A DNA stretch of 64,000 nt, from positions 43,277-107,276 of IMG/VR virus record IMGVR_UViG_3300050025_000126; one strand, written 5' to 3'. This document shows, in pieces, positions 18,774 through 28,317 of this stretch. Both the position numbers and the translations under genes were made by a program. Every line of letters begins with the position of its first letter. Position 1 is the first letter of the stretch. The notes beneath the pieces are model-generated. The model had not been told where the DNA came from. It worked only from the letters and a program-made list of their open reading frames with translations, and made no database searches. The stretch comes from a virus.

Positions 18774-20053
18774 TGTTAGCTATACAAGATGTAGCAAATA
18801 GTAATGGTCCAGCCACCATTGGGACAGATTTCTTACTTAGCTCTATTGAACTGGTAGACGATCAAACTCTTTTGGTTTGGTTTACGAGAAATACCACTGG
18901 GGCAACCACTACCAGCAACTATACTGTGACTGGACCCTCTGCCAGATCTGTAATCTTAGCCCAACAAAATGACCTAAACGGAGCTAGGATATATCTAGAT
19001 CTACCGCTAACGGTAGGCCAATGGACTCTATCCGTAACCTCTATCACATCAAACGACCCAGACGCTTTAACCCTTCCATCAGACACTAAAGTAATTTTCG
19101 ATTTGGTAGATAAGTCTACTCAAGATACTGTAGGCACCAATCTAGTCGAAGCTCCTGTATCAAAATTCATCCCCAAGGAGTTTAGGAACAAGAAGGTAGT
19201 AGGAGCTATCATCGCTGGCTTAGAAACCGGTGACGCTATTGTTAGAGATCAGACCCGCCTAGCTTTTGACCAAAGCTTCTTGTCTACGGCTAGCGGCAAA
19301 TATCTAAACACCAAGGCAAGTGATAGAGGCGTTCCTAAGCCGACGAAACTAGGATTGTCTGACACACAATTCAGAAAACTAGCAATAGATATAACAAACA
19401 GTAAATTGACCAATGCCGCTCTTTTGTCAGTTTTGGAAACTATGTATGGCGAAGATTCAGTAAGAGCCTATGTAGAGACAGAGATGTCGGGACCTTTCCA
19501 ATTATTCGACCAAGGATATCTGGATTTTTTTGTAGACGGCAAACATTCCTTTAGATTTGTAGCAAATATTTCAGGTTACACAACACCGACAGCCGTAACA
19601 TCTGTTGAGTTGTGTAATTCTTTGAACTTTGCTTTTGATAAAAACAGCTTTCCAGCGCATGCAATTATAAAAAGAGAAAAGGTTAGGGTTTACAGTAATA
19701 CGACAGGCATCCAGTCTAAAATATCAATAAAAGGTGGAACACTACAGCCTTACGTCGGATTTGATTTAGATGTTTTTGAAGGAACGGGTTCCTTAAACCA
19801 ACTTTCCAGTGCTTCCTGGACCCTTACCAACCCAAGACCAGGGATAGTAAGATTTACGTTGGTAAACCCAGAGCCTGCTCTCCCAGGAGTTCTAGCTTTC
19901 GTTACAGAAAAAGACTATGTTACTGTAATTGGTAGTGAATTCCCACTACCATTAAGGGGTAGCTACAATCTTGTTGCCGTAAACTGGACACAAACCTCTC
20001 CAACCGTTTGTGTTCAGTGGTTTGAGATTGAATCTTCCTATGTGGTAGTCTAA
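18773..20053 (+). CDS. Baseplate wedge subunit-like protein
   Basis: TASGKYLN...GLSDTQFRK motif typical of gpI/wedge proteins; follows baseplate J. Confidence 0.6.
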   Translation: MLAIQDVANSNGPATIGTDFLLSSIELVDDQTLLVWFTRNTTGATTTSNYTVTGPSARSVILAQQNDLNGARIYLDLPLTVGQWTLSVTSITSNDPDALTLPSDTKVIFDLVDKSTQDTVGTNLVEAPVSKFIPKEFRNKKVVGAIIAGLETGDAIVRDQTRLAFDQSFLSTASGKYLNTKASDRGVPKPTKLGLSDTQFRKLAIDITNSKLTNAALLSVLETMYGEDSVRAYVETEMSGPFQLFDQGYLDFFVDGKHSFRFVANISGYTTPTAVTSVELCNSLNFAFDKNSFPAHAIIKREKVRVYSNTTGIQSKISIKGGTLQPYVGFDLDVFEGTGSLNQLSSASWTLTNPRPGIVRFTLVNPEPALPGVLAFVTEKDYVTVIGSEFPLPLRGSYNLVAVNWTQTSPTVCVQWFEIESSYVVV

Positions 20054-21708
20054 TGAGCATCAACCAAACCTATTTAAAAGATCTGTGGTTCTGGAACCCT
20101 AAGACCAAAAGAATCTTCGATAACGATTTGTGGGCCTCTGTAACTCAAATAGACGGCGTAGCCAAGGTTTCTATTCCCGCGACCTCTCAAGCCGTAAACA
20201 GAACAAACGGATTTGCAGCATATTTAAGGTATCCTTTCTATGTAGAGCCAACTATTGCAATTAGCCCCGCGCCAAGTCAGGTAACCAGATCTTCTCAGGC
20301 TTATTCTGACGCAGAAGGTAATGTTCAACCCAGAATCTCTGCTATTTATTCAGCATCTGCGTTAATTGTAACTTCTGATGGCAACCCCTCCCCGGCCCCT
20401 GGCTTAGATGTAGGTAGCGTTCTATTAGTCGAGGGATCTGTTAATAACGGCCCTAGGGGTTCTACTGCCGCTACTGTCTATCCAGTCGCCCCAGCGGCCT
20501 ATAAACCTCACGTAGGCGCTTTGGGACAGGCGGTAGTAGGCCGTTCTACGACTTCTAATACTCAAAACATGTGGTTTGTTGGTGGGAACGCTAGCTTTGG
20601 CTCAGCGTCTTTATATTCTCCTAAAACAGGCGTTGATTTTGTCCAAGTTACCTTGAATGACGATAGCTCCTTGACGGTTACAGATAGCCTAGTTGGTACC
20701 GTAAATAACCTATTCCCGTCTTGTTGCGTTATTGAAGGGGAGAGATTTCTAGATCAATTATTCTACACAGGCGGAATGACTTCTTGGTCTACCCTTAGCG
20801 CAGCAACAAAAATGATTAGTCCTACAGGCGTAGAAACAGCTGTTACAGACTGCCCAGAAAACGTAACAAAAGCCGCTTGCCTTAGCTCTCCTTACCCAAC
20901 CACAACCTTTCTCCCTACTACAAAACACTATATCACCGTTATCGGTGGGTTAAACGATGCTTTAACAGACTCTAAAGATAGCGTATGGTCGTATGACCCC
21001 TACCTGGACGAATGGGGAACTAACCATCCCTTGATTACTCCTCGTAGAGACCACCAAACGATCAACATTAATGTCAAAAGGGCCAGCAATTGGGATATTT
21101 TAGTTGTTGGTGGTAAAAGGGGCATCTTTTCAAACGGTGGACAATTAGGTCCCGCTCCCTCACCTTTGGGTGTTCCTCTAAATTCTTGCGAAATCATTGG
21201 TGGATTTGGAGGGGCGCCCTCTACCCAAGACCTTTCTCCTCAACGCACAGGTCCTATGGCAGATGCCCGATACGCTTTTGGTATGACGACCTTGCCAGAC
21301 GATAGGGTGTTGGTTTGTGGTGGCATTGGTTACAACCCTAGCTACCCTCAACTCGACCCTGCTGTACCTGAATACAATTACGAGCTGAGTCGTTGTGAGG
21401 TTTACGATCCTGAAACACAACTGTGGACACCTATCCAGCCTATGCTAGAAGCTCACAGCTATTGTGTCTGCCATTGGGTTAAAGAAGCTAACAAAGTGTA
21501 TGTGTATGGAGGATATGGGTCTACATTGATTGAATACCTGGACCTTGACACTATGCTTTGGCACAAATCAGTCTATACCATGCCTTCGCCAGTTGTTGTT
21601 GGTTCTCCTTTTGGTATGGACCACGGTTTTATGGGTCTTATTGGTGGCGGGGCTTATGATACGAATACGGGAATTTTTACTCCTAACGATAACGATATTT
21701 TAATGTAA
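20053..21708 (+). CDS. Kelch-repeat virion protein
   Basis: Repeated GG...YDP...W Kelch signatures. Confidence 0.75.
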   Translation: MSINQTYLKDLWFWNPKTKRIFDNDLWASVTQIDGVAKVSIPATSQAVNRTNGFAAYLRYPFYVEPTIAISPAPSQVTRSSQAYSDAEGNVQPRISAIYSASALIVTSDGNPSPAPGLDVGSVLLVEGSVNNGPRGSTAATVYPVAPAAYKPHVGALGQAVVGRSTTSNTQNMWFVGGNASFGSASLYSPKTGVDFVQVTLNDDSSLTVTDSLVGTVNNLFPSCCVIEGERFLDQLFYTGGMTSWSTLSAATKMISPTGVETAVTDCPENVTKAACLSSPYPTTTFLPTTKHYITVIGGLNDALTDSKDSVWSYDPYLDEWGTNHPLITPRRDHQTININVKRASNWDILVVGGKRGIFSNGGQLGPAPSPLGVPLNSCEIIGGFGGAPSTQDLSPQRTGPMADARYAFGMTTLPDDRVLVCGGIGYNPSYPQLDPAVPEYNYELSRCEVYDPETQLWTPIQPMLEAHSYCVCHWVKEANKVYVYGGYGSTLIEYLDLDTMLWHKSVYTMPSPVVVGSPFGMDHGFMGLIGGGAYDTNTGIFTPNDNDILM

Positions 21709-21714
21709 GGAAAC

Positions 21715-22512
21715 ATGGCACCTCCAATTGGGTCATCTTGGAACGCGATAAGGGCTGACATACCTGAATACAACAGATATGACAGTTTAAATTCGGAATG
21801 GCGTGTCAATAGTTATGACGCAAATACCGATACGTTATATTTAACCTCTGCGTCATTAGGAGATTTTACTAATACCGACGTTCGTTGGTCTGATGCTGCC
21901 ACAGACCGACAAGGAGCCAGGTTTGTTCTAGCAAAAGCTGTGCCAAGTTTTGAAGTTGATATTATTGGCCCCTATATTTTTGATTTGGGTCAGCCATTCG
22001 CCGTTAGCGGCGTTAATTTGACCCTTAACCAAGAAGTCTTCAAAGGCCTTTCGTATAATGCCCTCGCCGTGACCGGAGACGCGCATTTGGTAGGTCCTGG
22101 GTGGTTGGTGTTCAATTACGGTTATGCGAGCCAAGAAGGCCCCGTGCGGTGCCTTGGAGCGACTGACGATGTAACCCTTACGATTGACGCTGGCTACAAG
22201 TTCAAAAACATGCTTGGATTTGGAAGCAAAATTAACGTTCTTTTCCAGAGAGCCGCATTTGAGCCTAGCTCGCCCGTTGGTTCATTTTGGCTTACCGCTT
22301 CAAACGCGGGTAGAGCTGCGGCAATTGACTTGTTACGTCAGATTTCAGCAGCGGGCATCGAAATGGATATCACAACGCGTTATCCTGGCGACCGGGGAAT
22401 TGGAGCAGAAGGATTTCCTGTGTCGAATAACTATAAGCTATCCGATATCGTTGAATGCTTTGGTCGAGATGATATTAACGTAGAATTAGAAGAGGCTCGA
22501 AATGGCAATTAG
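21715..22512 (+). CDS. Probable baseplate/structural protein
   Basis: Context; ISAAGI segment resembles wedge-protein C-termini. Confidence 0.45.
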   Translation: MAPPIGSSWNAIRADIPEYNRYDSLNSEWRVNSYDANTDTLYLTSASLGDFTNTDVRWSDAATDRQGARFVLAKAVPSFEVDIIGPYIFDLGQPFAVSGVNLTLNQEVFKGLSYNALAVTGDAHLVGPGWLVFNYGYASQEGPVRCLGATDDVTLTIDAGYKFKNMLGFGSKINVLFQRAAFEPSSPVGSFWLTASNAGRAAAIDLLRQISAAGIEMDITTRYPGDRGIGAEGFPVSNNYKLSDIVECFGRDDINVELEEARNGN

Positions 22513-22921
22513 CAATCTTGTGACGAGTCCCCATTGCGTTGCTTATGTGAACAGCGTCCCTTTTGCTCGGGTATGTGGCCTTACGTATGATATAGTTTCT
22601 CCTAGAAGAGAACTTCACGGAATAGACATCTTAGAACCCACCGAATTGGTGCCATCAAGTCTTTCTATACATGGTACAATCCAGGTGTATCGTTTGCACC
22701 AAGATGGAGGAGTCGAGGCAGCTGGGTTGGTGGCTACTTGGCAAAAGTTAACCAAGGAGAAGTACGCGAGTTTAATGGTACTCGACAGGGCAACGGACAC
22801 GGTTCTCGTTCAGGTTGACAAATTCTGCGTTAATAATCAATCATGGCGCATTACACCTAAATCATTTGTCCTGGGAACTATAACCTGGACCGGGTTCGGT
22901 TATTCCAACGATTCGGACTAA
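22502..22921 (+). CDS. Tail tube-like / baseplate hub protein
   Basis: 139 aa, beta-rich, GIDILEPTELVP; size and context. Confidence 0.45.
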   Translation: MAISNLVTSPHCVAYVNSVPFARVCGLTYDIVSPRRELHGIDILEPTELVPSSLSIHGTIQVYRLHQDGGVEAAGLVATWQKLTKEKYASLMVLDRATDTVLVQVDKFCVNNQSWRITPKSFVLGTITWTGFGYSNDSD

Positions 22922-22965
22922 TAGCAATCTTTAAAAGGCATGAATACGCCTAAGGATAATTTATA

Positions 22966-25092
22966 ATGGCTGTTAACGCGGACGGCAATTGGCTTGGACA
23001 AGAACGTGTAGACGTCCCCCATCTACGACTCATCGAGTCAGGAGTTCGCTATGACTTCGACTCATTGGCTTATATTTTAGTCGGAGAACAGCCCATGGTC
23101 ATCAAGGGCTTTGAGCTGTTGTCCAACCCTGTAGGTTTTGAAGCTTCTTTACTCACTTTCAAAGTAGCCGGTAGTAAAGTAATCCACCCCCTCGCAAGTG
23201 AATCTGGAAGCATCTTCAGTGTCCCTACCGCGAGAGCAAATGAAGTAATCAACCCCAATATCAATACCAGGGTACTCAGTTCTATTCAGCCCAATTCGGT
23301 TAACTTCATTGGGATTGATCTTCAAAGAAGTCCCGATGCGTCAACAGCCGATGTGGTACAGCTCCTCGATCCTTCTCTAAATCAAGAATCACCACAAAAA
23401 GTTCCTCTTAGGAGAACGCTTGATTACGTTTGGATTGTTTCTGCCGTCGATTTTACCTTTAATCGCTCTGTATGCCCAGTAGCAATTGTAACAACCAACG
23501 CTTTAAATGTTGTAACGGCTTTCCAAGACGCTAGGCCGTTAATGGGGAGACTAACGCCCGGTGGAGCTGTGTCTACCGAAGTCAATCCCTTTGGCTGGCC
23601 CGGTGGTCGTTCTGATGTTACTCTTTCTTCTACTAATCCAATTGTAGGAGACAAGGCCCTCAGGAGCTTTAAGGACATTATCAACGCTATTGAAACAAGG
23701 TTGTGGGAACTTGGAGGTGGGGATTCGTGGTACTCGCCGACAGCAGACAGAAACGTCAATCTACTAACTGGCTCAAGCGTCTTTACTTCTAGTGGTGAAA
23801 GCTTTGAAATCGTTTCCGGTAATCTGCACTGGAAAGGGTTGAAAATATCCTACGATAACTCGTTACAGCACGTTACCTCTATAGTAGATCAAATTACAGA
23901 TGTCCCTGGACTCACTGACCTTATTGACGGCGAGTGTATTTATATCGATTTAGACCGTACCTCTGGTAGTTCTATACATGCCCAAAAAGCCCTGTTATCA
24001 TTCTTGGGTCTAGGTGCAAAGCCTGGTTCTCGTTGGGTTATTGCTTCTAGGATTGGGAGCAATTATTATGTAAATGGCATTCCCTATCCGATTGGTAGTT
24101 CCTTTAGCTTAGCTACAACGTCACATTCGGGCACACTAAAAACCAATTTAGACGTTGCTTCACCAAATCCTATTGCTGCTACTATAGTGCCTTCTGGGGC
24201 ATTTTTCGATTATGCGGCTGGAGTTGTTACAGGAAGAGGCCTCTCAAACAATAGAGACATTGGTTCAGTAAGGACCTTCGACACCAACTCGGATTTACTA
24301 ATAGGTCGTGGAACCGCCGCTGGTGACAACAATGTTCAAATTCATACAGACACGACCACAACTGGGACTGTTGTAACAGGAAGTGGCGATGTTAATCATC
24401 CTTATTTAGCTGTAAACCCAAACGGAAGCGGAATAACCACGTTTAACAGTACTCCGCTCGATTTAGTGTCCTCTAGATATGAAGGAACTAAGTCGTGGAG
24501 AATTGAAGCTATAAACGTTTTGCCATTTATACCATCGGCAGGTTCTTTGAAATACTTTTACAAAAGAGAAAAAACATTTAAAACAGATTGTCGACTGTTG
24601 CTAGACGATCCTGGACCTTTTGCCTACAACGATACAACAAAAACTTTAACGGCGACATCTCATTATGTTGTTTCTATTGATTCGACTGTGATAGGTTTAG
24701 GTGACAGAATATTTGTAAACAATCTCTCAAGTGGTCTATATAATGGTATTTACGTGGTTTCTCAGCTGGGGATATCAGATCCCGGAGGTCAACCGGCAAT
24801 TCTTACCAGAGCATTTGATTGTTGTGGACCTCTTAGCGCCACTGTTTTAAATTTAGGTTATGACGCATTTGATGGAACTTCAGTTAGAATAACCGCAGGC
24901 ACTACATATTCGGGGACTTCTTGGGTTCTGAATGCTCCTAGGGTTGCGGGTAGCGTGGTTCTTAATGGTACAGTGTCAGTTATTTGGAGCCAAATAACAC
25001 CAAGCGATAAAAACGCAGATCAGTTTTGTGTTATGTGGTTTGATGGAAGTTACACACCAATTACAACTAGTCCAGAATATTCATTAACCTAA
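22966..25092 (+). CDS. Tail fibre/baseplate-attached structural protein
   Basis: GDRIFV...NGIYVVS...LTRA motif common in fibre proteins; late context. Confidence 0.6.
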   Translation: MAVNADGNWLGQERVDVPHLRLIESGVRYDFDSLAYILVGEQPMVIKGFELLSNPVGFEASLLTFKVAGSKVIHPLASESGSIFSVPTARANEVINPNINTRVLSSIQPNSVNFIGIDLQRSPDASTADVVQLLDPSLNQESPQKVPLRRTLDYVWIVSAVDFTFNRSVCPVAIVTTNALNVVTAFQDARPLMGRLTPGGAVSTEVNPFGWPGGRSDVTLSSTNPIVGDKALRSFKDIINAIETRLWELGGGDSWYSPTADRNVNLLTGSSVFTSSGESFEIVSGNLHWKGLKISYDNSLQHVTSIVDQITDVPGLTDLIDGECIYIDLDRTSGSSIHAQKALLSFLGLGAKPGSRWVIASRIGSNYYVNGIPYPIGSSFSLATTSHSGTLKTNLDVASPNPIAATIVPSGAFFDYAAGVVTGRGLSNNRDIGSVRTFDTNSDLLIGRGTAAGDNNVQIHTDTTTTGTVVTGSGDVNHPYLAVNPNGSGITTFNSTPLDLVSSRYEGTKSWRIEAINVLPFIPSAGSLKYFYKREKTFKTDCRLLLDDPGPFAYNDTTKTLTATSHYVVSIDSTVIGLGDRIFVNNLSSGLYNGIYVVSQLGISDPGGQPAILTRAFDCCGPLSATVLNLGYDAFDGTSVRITAGTTYSGTSWVLNAPRVAGSVVLNGTVSVIWSQITPSDKNADQFCVMWFDGSYTPITTSPEYSLT

Positions 25093-25100
25093 AGGACAAT

Positions 25101-26123
25101 ATGCCAACGCCCGGATTTATAGGAACTGGTTTTTATACTTCAAAGCTGTTGTTTGGTGGACTTTTAGACGGTGGGTTTACCAATCCGTGGGTTGTGTCTA
25201 GTCCAACAAACCTAACCGCAGACTTAATTACTCAAAACATTGTTCTTAATAATGCGTTAAATGTGTATTCTGGCAGTGGTAATCGCGATTGCTACAAGAT
25301 AATCTGTTCAGGCACCCTAACTATAAATAGCGGCGGGTATGTGTCAGCCTCTGCAAATTTATTTAATGGAGGTAATACCACGACGGCTCTTTCGTCTCCG
25401 GGACTTGGTTTTGGTGGGTCTGTAGGTGGAAGTGGGTTTGGTGGTGCCGCTGAATTGGCAGCAGGAGCAGCAGGCGCACCATCTTCTCCACAGCCGGTAT
25501 TCTTAGGTGGCGCAGGAGGCCACGGTGGTACCCGTGGGGGTGATGCAGGGGGGGCTGGAGGAACGTCTTCGCCAGCAAGTATTAACAATCGGTTTCAACC
25601 TTCTATATACGAACACGCTGGAGTTTGGGTTAATCCCGCTATATATGCCGACTCCCCTTCTACTTTTACAAATTGGGCTGGGGCATACGCCCCTGGTTAT
25701 GCTATGGTCCCTGTTTGTGGTGGATGCGGTGGTGGCGGATGCTCAGATATCGGAAGTAACAATAACGGCGCTGGTGGGGCGGGCGGGGGCGTTGTTTACA
25801 TTGCCGCCAATAAGATTGTCATGAATGGCGGTAGTATTTCCGCTAATGGCCAAAGCGCAGGAAATTTAACTGGTGGAGGTGGAGGTGGAGGTGGTGTTAT
25901 AATACTGGTTACAAACGATTTGGTTTTTGTCCCAGGTTCTGGGAGTTCCATTACGGTTAACAAAGGGTTTGGTGGGGGATTAGGTTCTACTGATGGAGGG
26001 GATGGAATGACCGTTCTTTTTAGTGATCAGTTGGTAGCATCGTTTTCCGCCCCCTTAACCGAAATCGTATATAAACAAGCTGTAATAAATTTTCAATTTC
26101 AAGGTAAAAAACTAACAAGTTAA
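25101..26123 (+). CDS. Glycine-rich tail fibre-like protein
   Basis: GGGGGG runs with GGVVYIAANKI repeats. Confidence 0.65.
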   Translation: MPTPGFIGTGFYTSKLLFGGLLDGGFTNPWVVSSPTNLTADLITQNIVLNNALNVYSGSGNRDCYKIICSGTLTINSGGYVSASANLFNGGNTTTALSSPGLGFGGSVGGSGFGGAAELAAGAAGAPSSPQPVFLGGAGGHGGTRGGDAGGAGGTSSPASINNRFQPSIYEHAGVWVNPAIYADSPSTFTNWAGAYAPGYAMVPVCGGCGGGGCSDIGSNNNGAGGAGGGVVYIAANKIVMNGGSISANGQSAGNLTGGGGGGGGVIILVTNDLVFVPGSGSSITVNKGFGGGLGSTDGGDGMTVLFSDQLVASFSAPLTEIVYKQAVINFQFQGKKLTS

Positions 26124-26833
26124 CAAGCTGGTCCACCGGAAAACTTGTAATTTGGGTAATTTTTACAAGACACAGCGCAGTATCCGCACGAAGCAAAATA
26201 GCTGTCGTCACAAGCTCCTTCATTGGCTAGTGTAGAACAACTATCCCTAGTAATAGCAATCTTTTGATTTAATGAAGTATAACCTAGCTCCAGCAGTCCC
26301 ATAGGTGGCAAAATGTCCTGACAAGCTTCGGGGGTCTTATGTTGTATAAAAACGCTGTACGAGGACGATAGGAGTTCTGGCACGGTACATCCGTCGACAA
26401 ATTCGTCTACCACAACTGCCGTATTTGTAATCGTCAACGTTTTTGTTTTGTCAGATCTGTCTACATAAGTCATTGTTTGGGTTTCTGTTCCCGTGGAGGT
26501 AACCGTGAAGGTAGTGGGGCCAGAAATCGCCGAAGTAAAGGTTTCAGTGTTAGTCTGACTCACTGTCCCAGTATTCGTCTGACTCACTGTCCCAGTATTC
26601 GTATCGCTAACGCTAACGCTTTGCGTATTGGTTTGGCTTTGTGTGTCACTTGAGGTTGCGGTTTGGGTGTTCGTATTAGTCGCTGTACCAAACTTTCCAA
26701 CGCCACCGGTTGAAGTCTGCGTGTCGGTTTGCGTCGAAGATGTGGTCGTAGAAATGCCGTCTCCAACCCCGATGCCGGAACCGCTCATTTCGCATCCGGT
26801 CAAAAGTATAATAGCTAAAAATATGTTCTTCAT
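26120..26833 (-). CDS. Lipoprotein with Thr/Ser-rich stalk and Cys-rich C-terminal domain
   Basis: LLTGC lipobox; AAGGAG RBS; own sigma70 promoter. Confidence 0.8.
   Translation of the reverse strand: MKNIFLAIILLTGCEMSGSGIGVGDGISTTTSSTQTDTQTSTGGVGKFGTATNTNTQTATSSDTQSQTNTQSVSVSDTNTGTVSQTNTGTVSQTNTETFTSAISGPTTFTVTSTGTETQTMTYVDRSDKTKTLTITNTAVVVDEFVDGCTVPELLSSSYSVFIQHKTPEACQDILPPMGLLELGYTSLNQKIAITRDSCSTLANEGACDDSYFASCGYCAVSCKNYPNYKFSGGPAC
26553..26600. repeat. Perfect 24-bp tandem duplication (NTGTVSQT x2)
   Basis: gtctgactcactgtcccagtattc occurs twice in tandem. Confidence 0.95.
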
Positions 26834-26859
26834 GATTTGTATCTCCTTAGGTTGGACCT

Positions 26860-26898
26860 ACCATACCACTAGACTTTCTTGGTGTCAACAACAATCTT
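26860..26898. promoter_or_regulatory. Divergent promoter cassette
   Basis: Minus TTGACA-17-TATGGT; plus GTCAACAACAATCTT. Confidence 0.65.
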
Positions 26899-26937
26899 TT
26901 TTATATGCCATCACTTATCTCTTGGGAGCTAAAATAA

Positions 26938-28317
26938 ATGCCCAGTCTAGACATCCCCGCCCAATCATTTTCAGTAACAGCAGTTGCTTACGGAGACCTT
27001 ACTGTAGCTGCCAACCCTGGGTACAATGTCAACAATTTGTACAGCGGTTTGATCGGCTACATTGTAGGCCCTGGAGGAACTCCCGCTTCACAACGCATTG
27101 TGATAGAAGCCGTTGTGTCGACTGGCGTTATTAGATGTCGCGTTGCTCCATTTGAAGGAGTTGGAGGGGCTGGTACATCTTTTAACTTCGCTGCTTATAA
27201 CGGGGGCAACCTTACATTTGAAGCTCAATTAGCTACCGTTGCTTCTTTGTATTTAGACGCCGGTCAAATTGCTGGCGGCGATTTAGGTGGTTCTTTCCCT
27301 AATCCAAGTGTAGTTAGTGGGGCGAATATTGTTGCTTCTACTTTGCCTATAGCCACCCCCCTCCAGCCGGGGGCGATGAGCGCCGCCGACAAAGCCAAGG
27401 TGGACAACGTCCCCGCCAACACGAACGCATCGCTGGCTCTCCAGGCTGATGACTATTTCGTCGGAACGGCAGGGGCGGGCGACCTTGCGGCCAATAAGCT
27501 GTGCTACTACGCCGCTGCATCGTCCACGTTGCTCTACGCCAAGGCTGACGCCATTGCGACGGCTCGTAAGATCATGGGTGCCACCACCGTGGCCGTCACC
27601 GCTGGCCAGCAAGCGACGCTCATTCGACTGCGCCAGGCTCGAATCACCGTGGCCGCTGGATGTGCCCCTGTCATTGGTGCACCCGCTTACTTATCGGGAG
27701 CAACCGCTGGCTGCGTGTATCACGCCATCTCGGGCACGATCTATCCGCGCAAGGTCGGGACATTCTTGGAGGGCGCAGCGGACGGCAGCAGCACGGTACT
27801 GGTGCAGCTTTCGCTTGACGACGAACGCGACGACGAACGCCTGTGGGTTATCGCCAACGACACGCTGGCCGCCGCTGCGTCGTCCATCTCCTACGCCACC
27901 ACCCGCGCACTCTGGCGGGAACTTCGCATTGACTGCGACCTCGTCGGCATCGCGCCGGGAGCCGCATCGACAGACATCACCTACCCGTCCGACATGGCCA
28001 GGGGAGCTCTCGTTCTCATCGGTGATGGACCGATCACCTCGTACAGTTCCGGGAAGATCAACTACATGCGCGTCTACAACACCGGGGCGGGCAAGAAAAA
28101 CATGCTCAAGATGGTCGACACGTGGCTGTCTGGGACCATGTGGGACACCAACGCCGAATCGTGGGCGAACAGGGCAGCTCAGAGCGCTTTGGGCTGGTGC
28201 ACGTCCAAGGGGGCGAAGGATGCACCAGCCGACGCCATGGCGTTGTCAACGTCTGGAGACCTGGCATTTCAGATCGGGACCACCGTGCGAATCAGCGGGA
28301 AGGTCAGGCTGCCGTAG
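26938..28317 (+). CDS. Chimeric tail fibre protein
   Basis: AGGDLGGSFPNP and GAMSAADKAKVD fibre motifs; abrupt GC increase near 27350. Confidence 0.7.
   Translation: MPSLDIPAQSFSVTAVAYGDLTVAANPGYNVNNLYSGLIGYIVGPGGTPASQRIVIEAVVSTGVIRCRVAPFEGVGGAGTSFNFAAYNGGNLTFEAQLATVASLYLDAGQIAGGDLGGSFPNPSVVSGANIVASTLPIATPLQPGAMSAADKAKVDNVPANTNASLALQADDYFVGTAGAGDLAANKLCYYAAASSTLLYAKADAIATARKIMGATTVAVTAGQQATLIRLRQARITVAAGCAPVIGAPAYLSGATAGCVYHAISGTIYPRKVGTFLEGAADGSSTVLVQLSLDDERDDERLWVIANDTLAAAASSISYATTRALWRELRIDCDLVGIAPGAASTDITYPSDMARGALVLIGDGPITSYSSGKINYMRVYNTGAGKKNMLKMVDTWLSGTMWDTNAESWANRAAQSALGWCTSKGAKDAPADAMALSTSGDLAFQIGTTVRISGKVRLP

Noticed and set aside
25380-26010. GGT/GGC-rich low-complexity DNA as a regulatory repeat
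   Set aside because: Explained by glycine-rich coding sequence
28122-28316. N-terminal extension of the tailspike ORF
   Set aside because: Overlaps the fibre gene; GTG at 28317 coupled to the upstream stop is more plausible
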